Assembly: GCA_964304625.1 (NCBI GenBank)
Contig: OZ199839.1
Coordinates: forward strand, 6,288,490-6,352,489
Origin: Kudoa neothunni
Taxonomy: Eukaryota > Animalia > Cnidaria
Length of the DNA: 64,000 nt
Direction: 5' to 3'
Part shown: positions 55,075-64,000 of the stretch, piece after piece
Position numbering within the stretch: the stretch's first letter is position 1
Layout of the letters: each line of letters starts with the position of its first letter
The notes under the pieces: generated by a model
Databases searched by the model: none
Told to the model about the DNA's origin: nothing
Seen by the model: only the letters and a program-made list of their open reading frames with translations
Made by a program: the position numbers and the translations under genes

Positions 55075-57327
55075 TAATTATTTCACTTCCTGGAAGCTAG
55101 CTCAATATTTATGATAAAGAAAAACGTCCATTCTTGGCACGGTACACCAATGTCGAACATTTATTCCAACCAAATAACTCTCGGAAGATATTTTCATCCT
55201 AATTTCTTATGTACCGACGAAAAACAAGGCTGTAATAATTCTTTCTTCAGAGTACCATCGTAAACCAAAAGCAATTTTAGATTATAATGTAAAGGAGTGT
55301 GATGTTGACACTTTGGATCAATGTATTTCCATGTATACATGGAAAAGAAAATGTTGACATTGGCAGTTCGCAGTATTTTGCAAATACTTGATATAACTGC
55401 GTGCAATGCATTTTTTGTATTTATTCATGGCAATCCCCATTATTGTGACACAAACAAGTCAAATCGTCGCCAACGATTTCTCGTGGATTTGTCCATGTCA
55501 TTAATTAAGCCCCGAGCAAGAATGGAGGTATAAAATTGCATTTGTTTCTAACCAGCCTGCTGTTAAAAGAATAATGGAAATAGTTTGTTTCGAATTTAAC
55601 AAAGAAAGTGATCCTCCAGTGGAAAACCAAGAAAATAATCAAAGAAAGCGATGCCGTTTGTGTCCTATTATCAGTATTGCACGTAGAAGCAAGCAAATCT
55701 GTCACTTATGTGATCGAAATGTTTGTAATGAGCATTCAAAGAAAAAAATTATTTGTTTAAATTATGACTCACAACGAAATTAATTTAAACATATTTTTTG
55801 CCTATGGTTTTTTTTATTGAACGCAATGTGACGTTTATAACGATTGGAACATATAGTAGAAATGAATTTAAAATAAAGGATTTCTATTTTGGTTAACAAC
55901 CATAATAGGAATGTTGATTAAAATACAAATAAATTAAAGCTGACACTGAATAAATACATTTTAATAATAGGAAACAATATAATAATTTTTTTGTTATGCG
56001 TAATAATATAGTTTATCTTATTACCTTAACTGTTCTATTTTTATTTATATATCGTATATAATGTGACCTGCCAATAGCAGAAGAGTTAATTTAAGATTAA
56101 ATTATAATAATGCATTTGACCTAAGTTAATTCTTGGGCTCCTGGAACCCAGGGTTAGTGTTTAAGGGTTAATTCCTAACGTCTAAAACACATGTAGCCGA
56201 TAAATCCTAATTTAATCTTATGACGTCATGGTAATCCCACTATAGGAAAAAGGAAAACCTACGATTAGAGCATTTCTTTAAGGTTTAATATATATTAATT
56301 GTGATAATATGTCGTTGTATATTGTTATCTTTTAATAATTTTAATACGAAGTTAAAACATTAAGTATGGGGATATATGGAGAAAATGTGTTCAATTATAC
56401 AAACATTTTTTCTAGGATAAATTCTTATATTTTTCCAAAGCTTGAAATTATTTAGTATACAAATATATTTTCAGAGATTAAACGAATTTTGTACGGAAAT
56501 TTTTGAGGTTTTCATTTTTAAAAATAAGAGATTTTCAAGTGGCTATTGGTACGGTAAATGGTATTCAGGTGACACTAGTTTGGGCTATAAATCTATAGCC
56601 AACTTGTAAGTTGAAGTTTGCTGGGATTAAAAATTCTCATTACGCAAGCGGACATGCCGTTTAAGATTAAATTGTACTGCTGCCAATAGCCTCCGCCAGA
56701 AGATTTATCTAAAATGGGGTCACGAAAGTCCCCGCATGGTCCATGGAGGGTTAAACAAGAAAATTTTGTTCCCAAATAATTTTCATTATTAAAATAGAGG
56801 AAGTTTGCCCACAATAAATTTAAAATTATTTACAGTAAAATAGAGCGAATATTAAAATAATTAAATGAAGATGTAAAGTTTAATGGGAAGATAAATAAAA
56901 AACGGCTCTAAAGAACCCTAAGTTTGTTGGAGGTTAAAAGTATAATTGTTTAATTAATGTGATTACTCACCTCCATTATATTAATTTCCCATGTATTTTA
57001 TGCATTCTAGAACTACACGTAACATTTCCTTTTCTATATAAATCTGAAAACATCCACGGAGAAATTTGACGTAATCTGTATAAATAATGTAATTGATTTG
57101 ATGTATATGCTCATACTGTTACTTTTAAAGAATTCTCATTACGTTAAAAAATATTGATTACACAATTTTTCTGTTGTCTAAAATTCTATCTATTTTTGAT
57201 TGTTATATTTAAAATAAATATGCGTGAATAAACACGGAAATTTTATAATTCCAATTAATTCGTAAAATGGGGGTAAATATGTTATGATAAAACTATGTTA
57301 TTCATCAAAATGAAGCTTTTTAATAAT

Positions 57328-60300
57328 TCATTCTTTGATCTTGTTTTCATTTTTTCTATTTTCTTCCAAAAAATGTGGAAAGTTTCTCTAAAAGTTACAA
57401 TACATATTAAATATGTAATAAAATAAGAAACCTTTATCCTCTCTACTATAAGGCATGACTTTGTGGTTATTTCTTCGTCGAAAGACGTTGACGATAACTC
57501 AAGGAAAAAATTCCAAATATCTGGCAAAATGCCACTTTCCTCGATAAACTCTGATGGCACAAATTGAAAAATATCTTCCGCAATAGGTATCAAAAATTCT
57601 ATAAATGTTACCCAAAAAGTTTTTTTGGGGATATGGCAAAATTTTCTTAAAGAGTGGCATCACAGAACCAATAATTATTCCTTTATACAACGCTAATGCT
57701 TCATGAATGAAATTTTCCATACTTTTTAAGCCCCTTTCAACATCGGAAGAGTATAACATACTTGGGGCTTGTGAACTTTCACTCTCAAATTCATGCTTAA
57801 TTCTAAATTGTTCCTTATTTTGCCGAATGAAGGCATCAAATGCATGGGAGAAAATATCGCCTAGAATTTGAATATCACAAATATTCAAGGCATTTTCGAA
57901 ACCGGGTATGGTAATAAACTCCTTAAATATAATTAAAAGCTCAGTTATTGTCACCGCTGAGGAATTTTTAGTGCATCTCAGAAATTCTGGTTTCAAGTTA
58001 GTATTCCACATATTAGTTGCCCCATCAATATCACCATGCAGGATAGAGCATTTAAGTAATCGGTACACACCTTTTGCGGTAGGGCAATAAATGGATTCAT
58101 GCAAAGTATTTTTTAGTATATCAGAAAGAATATTCAAATAAATTTCAAAACTTTCGTAGACTTTATCAGTACAGTTTTCTACCAAAACGACCACGAATTC
58201 ACACAGCCAATGTATAACACCAAAGTCGTCCTCAAAAAAACAAGTTTTACATCCATATAGAGGCGCCGACATTAAAAGTTCTTTTACGTCGCCTTCCCGT
58301 GGGATGCTAACAAAATGGTTTACCTCAGTGAGATATTTAGCTATCGAAGACTTTAATTTGGGCAATAACTTGAGTAAACGTGGTGGCTTGCATTTGGCCA
58401 TGCCCTTTAATAGTGGGAAGAAGCAAGGCTGAATATCAAGCCTGTCTTTTAATAACATATGTGAATTATCGAAATTTTCTATATAATCTATAGTGAGTAA
58501 AGTAAATTGTTCCATTTCATGTGGAAAGTTTCTCTAAAAATTACAATACATATTAAATATGTAATAAAATAAGAAACCTTTATCCTTTCTACTATAAGAC
58601 ATGACTTTGTGGTTATTTCTTCGTCGAAAGACGTTGACGATAACTCAAGAAATAAATTCAAAATATCGGGTAAAATGCCACTTTCCTTGATAAACTCTGA
58701 TGGCACAAATTGAAAAATATCTTCCGCAATAGGTATCAAAAAGTTTATAAATTGTACCCACAAGTGTTTTTGGGGATATGACGAAATTTTCTTAAAGAGT
58801 GGCATCACAGAACCAATAATTATTCCTTTATATAATGCCAATGCTTCATGAATGAAATTACCCATACTTTTTAAGCCCCTTTCAACATCGTAACGGTGTA
58901 ACATACTTGGGGCTTGTGAACTTTCACTCTCAAATTCATGTTTAATTCTAAATTCTTCCTTATTTTTTCGAACGAAGGCATCAAATGCATGGGAGAAAAT
59001 ATCGCCCAGAATTTGAATATCGCAAATATTCAAGGCATTTTCGAAACCGGGTATGGTAATAAACTCCTCAAATATAATTAAAAGCTCAGTTATTGTCACC
59101 ACAGAGGAATTTTTAGTGCATCTCAGAAATTCTGGTTTCAAGTTAGTATTCCACATATTAGTTGCCCCATCAATATCACCATGCAGGATAGAGCATTTAA
59201 GTAATCGGTACACACCTTTTGCGGTAGGGCAATAAATGGATTCATGCAAAGTATTTTTTAGTATATCAGAAAGAATATTCAAATAAATTTCAAAACTTTC
59301 GTAGACTTTATCAGTATAGTTTTCTACCAAAACGACCGCAAATTCACACAGCCAATGTATAACACCAAGCTTGTCCTCAAAAAAACAAGTTTTATATCCA
59401 TATAGAGGCGCTGACATTAAAAGTTCTTTTACGTCGCCTTCCCGTGGGATGCTAACAAAATGGTTTACCTCAGTGAGATACTTAGCTATCGAAGACTTTA
59501 ATTTGGGCAATAACTTGAGTAAACGTGGTGGCTTGCATTTGGCCATGCCCTTTAATAGTGGGAAGAAGCAAGGCTGAATATCAAGCCTGTCTTTTAATAA
59601 CATATGTGAATTATCGAAATTTTCTATATAATCTATAGTAAGTAAAGTAAATTGTTCCATTTCATGTGGAAAGTTTCTCTAAAAATTACAATACATATTA
59701 AATATGTAATAAAATAAGAAACCTTTATCCTTTCTATTATAAGACATGACTTTGTGGTTATTTCTTCGTTGAAAGACCGTTGACGATAACTCAAGAAATA
59801 AATTCAAAATATCGGGCAAAATGCCACTTTCCTTGATAAACTCTGATGGCACAAATTGAAAAATATCTTCCGCAATAGGTATCAAAAATTCTATAAATGT
59901 TACCCACAAGTGTTTTTGGGGATATGACGAAATTTTTTTAAAGAATGGCATCACAGAACCAATAATTATTCCTTTGTATAATGCCAATGCTTCATGAATG
60001 AAATTACGCATACGTTTTAAGCCCCATTCAACATGGTTACGGTGTAACATACTTGGGGCTTGTGAACTTTCACTCTCAAATTCATGTTTAATTCTAAATT
60101 CTTCCTTATTTTGCCGAACGAAGGCATCGAATGCATGGGAGAAAATATCTCCCAGAATTTGAATATCGCAGATATTCAAGGCATTTTCGAAGCCGGGTAT
60201 GGCAATAAACTCCTTAAATATAATTAAAAGCTCAGTTATTGTCACCACAGAGGAATTCTTAGTGCATCTCAGAAATTCTGGTTTGAAATTAGTATTCCAC

Positions 60301-62784
60301 ATATTAGTTGCCCCATCAATATCACCATGCAGGATAGAACAGTTAAGTAATCGGTACACACCTTCTGCGGTAGGGCAATAAATGGATTCATGCAAAGTAT
60401 TTTTTAGTATATCAGAAAGAATATTCAAATAAATTTCAAAACTTTCATAGACTTTATCAGTATAGTTTTCTACTAAAACGACCACGAATTCACACAGCCA
60501 ATGTATAACCTCAGGGCCTTCCCTAACAAAACAAGTTGTACATCCATATAGAGGCGCCGACTTTAAAAGTTCTTTTACGTCGCCTTCCCGTGGGATGCTA
60601 ACAAAATGGTTTATATCAGTGAGATACTTAGCTATCGAAGACTTTAATTTGGGCAATAACTTGTGTAAACGTGGTGGCTTGTACTTGGCCATTCTCTTTA
60701 ATAGTGGGAAGAAACAAGGCTGAATATCAAGCCTGTCTTTTAATAACATATGTGAATTATCGAAATTTTCTATATAATCTATAATGAGTAAAGTAGATTG
60801 TTCCATTTCATGTGGTAAGTTATATAAGCTTTCATTATATAAGGGAATCAGCAACCTATGTCCATAATAATTAAAGCTAGCGGACGTCTTAAAGATTTTG
60901 CGCAATATTATAAAAATATGGTCTATTATTCCAGAAATGTAGCGATGAGGCTCAGATTTGATAATTTCAAAAACATCATCTATGGAACTAGGTAGTGTAT
61001 CTGTAAGATTCGTCGTCACATCGTCATTTGATTTGGAAATAAGATCACACAAAGAGATACAAATATTCGTCGCCCCAATTAAAGCAATCTCAAACTTGAT
61101 ATAGCTGCATTTAAGAACAATATTTTTCAAGGCACTTATAGCTATTATTTTGATGAAGCCATTATTATGATTTGTTGCCGCCTCTACAATTAACGATAAG
61201 ACTTCTTTGTGGAAGCCAATCAGTGTGTCCCGATGGTACATAAGGCATAATAACTCAGCTAGTTCAATTGTAGAATACAAAATTTTTGGATTTTCACAAG
61301 AAAAATAAGGTAGTACTATACGAAGCATTTCCCGGGGCTCTAAACGTTCCCCTTTTCTTGAGTAAGAAGCCAATAAGTACATAATTTCAATTGCTGTATC
61401 AATCTTTCTCCAATCAGAAGATTTTAAATATTCGTCAGCTCGTTTTTGAAACAAGTTATATACAACTTCGCTATCAAGTGCAGGCACAATACTACGGAAA
61501 AATGTTTGCATTAGTGTTTGTTCATTCTCTGAGAAGAAAGCGTTGTATAATATGTAATTGTCTATAAGCCATTGTTCTGGGTTGCTAGGATAGGAGTCAA
61601 TATGAAAACGTAGTGCATTGTCAATCATAGCTGGTATGAAACATTCACAGTTTTCTCTAACCTCCTCCCGAAACCATACAATAAGTTTCTCGGTCAATTT
61701 GTACAGCTCATAGTGGACTGGCCTTTCAATGCTGCTATTATTTTGAAGTTGCACCAATGTTTTGAAGGTCAGTTGTGAATAATCTTTAAATAAAAATGAA
61801 TAAGCTTGATATATCTCATGCATTTCTTTCATAAATAAAAGCCCCTCAGTAGTAGATACAAAAGTTTCCATTGCCTTCAATATATGTGGAATCACGATTG
61901 AAAAATATATAACAAAAGGATCGTCATCCAATTCGTCAACGAAGTAAATCATATTATTCATTGGAATCCATACAAACTAAAGTATATTTATATGTATATA
62001 AATAAATATGGAGTTCATTTAAATGTTGAATCGGTCGAATATAATTTTTAGAATATTTATTTTTAATAATATCTCATACATTTGGGATATCTGAACTTTT
62101 TTCAAAACATTCAATGAAAAATTTGCTATATTGCACGTACGTATCCTCATCGGTTGTTGAAAATAATCCTCCATGGTATCTACAATCAAAAGCTCCTAAT
62201 TTACAAACAGAAATTTATTTTACCTGAAAAAGACTGTTACACTGTCATGCAACTCCAAATTATTAGAAGTTAGACAACGGGTAACCAATTCCATAATAAC
62301 TTCCAATTTATCTATTTTATTTTTGTTGATCAGTCTAATAACACTAGCGCAAGTCGATAACAATTTTTCTTGATGAGATTTCACTTCTTCATTGACTAAT
62401 AGGTTAAAGAGGTGGGCCTTTATTTCATTGACTAACTTATCAGAAACATTATTATCAATACAGAAAGTATCGCAGTAATGTTTGAGGAATAATGAAGCCG
62501 TTTGTTTCAACTTGACGAATATTATTGTAGTAAAATAGTGGGAATTTACCTTATATGATTTTTGAGAGGATAAAACATCAAGCAAAAACTGTATTTTTTG
62601 ATTAATCGGAAATAAATTCAATTTCACCTTCGATCATTAGTTAAAATATTAATCAATATTTATAACAGCTTACTAACGTGCAACTATTTCTTATGTCACA
62701 AAAAGGACCAAACTCACTTAAAATTGAACAAAATTCTACAAAATCCGACTTTTCATAGTTATTTTTATTAGACTCGATTTTCAT
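57328..62784 (-). CDS. Diverged importin-5-like HEAT protein, copy 2 (3 tandem blocks; 1-bp insertions make it a pseudogene or reflect sequencing error)
   Basis: 5' exons are identical to copy 1 and there are three repeat units. Frameshifting single-base insertions near 59777 and 57590-57630. Confidence 0.62.
57373..60815. repeat. Tandem repeat, 3 x about 1145 bp
   Basis: Junction motif ATGTGG at 57373, 58519, 59664 and 60810. Antisense ORFs at 57908, 59053 and 60199. Confidence 0.93.
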
Positions 62785-64000
62785 TGAAGCTCACTGCTTA
62801 ACGTGGATTTATCCGAAAATACCAATAATTCAATCGGCTGCTTACAAATCATCATTCATTAATTTGTTAATCTTTTATCAATAAAATTGTTATTGATTAT
62901 CAACTCAACATGACAATATAAATACAGCCATGTCTCAGTAATCAGTAATGGATGGTTGTCAATTTGGTAACGGGGAGTGTGCAACTCCCATTTTTCGCAT
63001 GCCTCGCGATCCCGATTTTATTTTAAATCAATTATTCATTATTTTAAATTTATGGCCGAACAACAATTAGCCCCATAATTCACTTCTCAAATTTTTGCTA
63101 AAATTCACGTTTGGTTTCAACCGGTTCGCGTGCATGTCAATATCCTTTCCTTCCATACCTATGTCCAGTTTCATGCGTGTGCATCACACTGTAAAATACG
63201 GTTTTCTTGTGCTTACGTTTGATGATTATTCCTACAAACAAACTTTATTAAAACAAATATAACATAGAGTTTAATTAAGGAAGAGTTATTAAATTTCGTC
63301 AAAAAATCTTGTGATTTTTGTATGTCGAAATCTTTCTATTGATATTTTTTAAATTCTGTCCGTTGCGGGATATTAATCAAACAATCCAGATGGAGCCTCT
63401 TGAATCAAAACTTTCATTAAAATGTTAACCATATTTTTTATTTATTTTATTAAACTTTTGACTTCTTTAATAATTGGTTCGATATCATCAGATTAACCAT
63501 TGTGGGCAATAAGTCCGCATGATTTTGATTCTTACATGTTGCAGCATTATCACCGTCAAATATATTTTCGTAAACTTCAAATTCATTTAATACGATTAAT
63601 TATGTATTCATAAAATATTACTTTGTGAACTGTTTCTGGCTGGGGATATATTTCTTAACTCTTCTTGTCTATAAGCTGATTCAACTTTTTCATTACATTC
63701 TTATATATTATATACCAAGAATTTTTGATTTTTAAAACAATTAAATATAATTTCTGGCGTAATACTCTCCCAAAGTTTAATTAATGGCATGATTGAGTTT
63801 AATAATGTTTATTTTACGATGATAAAACCTTCACATAAACTGTGTATTTAGCCAGTGTATTCCTGCCTTACTTTTTAATGCATTTGATGATGCTTAAATT
63901 AAGGTTTGTAGAATATTATTTGTTTTTTTTGGTAGGAAAACAATTTCGATATTTTAAAAAAAATCAATATTTTGGGGATCCAGAGGATATTGACGAACAA

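Larger units (their letters stand above)
50353..56167 (+). mobile_element. piggyBac element A, copy 2 (duplicated passively, interrupted by MULE-B)
   Basis: Same right end AAGGG|TTAA and the same right flank as copy 1. Confidence 0.85.
50353..62893. repeat. Segmental duplication unit 2 (with MULE-B insertion and one extra 1145-bp repeat)
   Basis: The length difference from unit 1 is accounted for by 3120 bp (MULE + TSD), 1145 bp and about 9 bp of small indels. Confidence 0.95.

Noticed and set aside
28964-60381. Five similar 60-aa plus-strand ORFs (MVINSL...) resembling a small gene family
   Set aside because: Antisense shadows of the 1145-bp repeat units.
62950-64000. Possible decayed coding/TE sequence at the window end
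   Set aside because: Stops in the frames examined and no motif I can assign.
1-64000. CRISPR arrays, tRNA/rRNA genes, prokaryotic operons
   Set aside because: No repeat-spacer arrays or recognisable RNA genes were seen. Spliceosomal introns and eukaryotic TE families indicate nuclear eukaryotic DNA.

Overview
AT-rich eukaryotic DNA with very short GT-AG introns (mostly about 39-52 bp). The host cannot be identified from the sequence alone. Roughly 40% of the window is nested transposable elements: pogo/Tigger, two MULE families, three piggyBac elements plus orphan ends, Merlin, Helitrons, hAT remnants and a truncated Gypsy. Two rapidly evolving host gene families are embedded among them. (1) Cys-rich, FN3-like type-I membrane proteins built from a phase-1 five-domain module. 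Gene A (7727-10741, -) has about 1 module plus an extra domain, gene B (16125-23120, +) has 3 modules, and B' (about 40600-50357, -) is an inverted, broken paralog. B and B' differ in hypervariable patches at the same position in each module. (2) A highly diverged importin-5/karyopherin-beta-like HEAT gene present twice within an 8.3-kb segmental duplication (24537-32803 vs 50353-62893). Its C-terminal 1145-bp exon+intron unit is tandemly repeated 2x or 3x, splices in frame (367 aa per unit), and carries clustered amino-acid variation. One MULE with an intact five-exon transposase inserted after the duplication.
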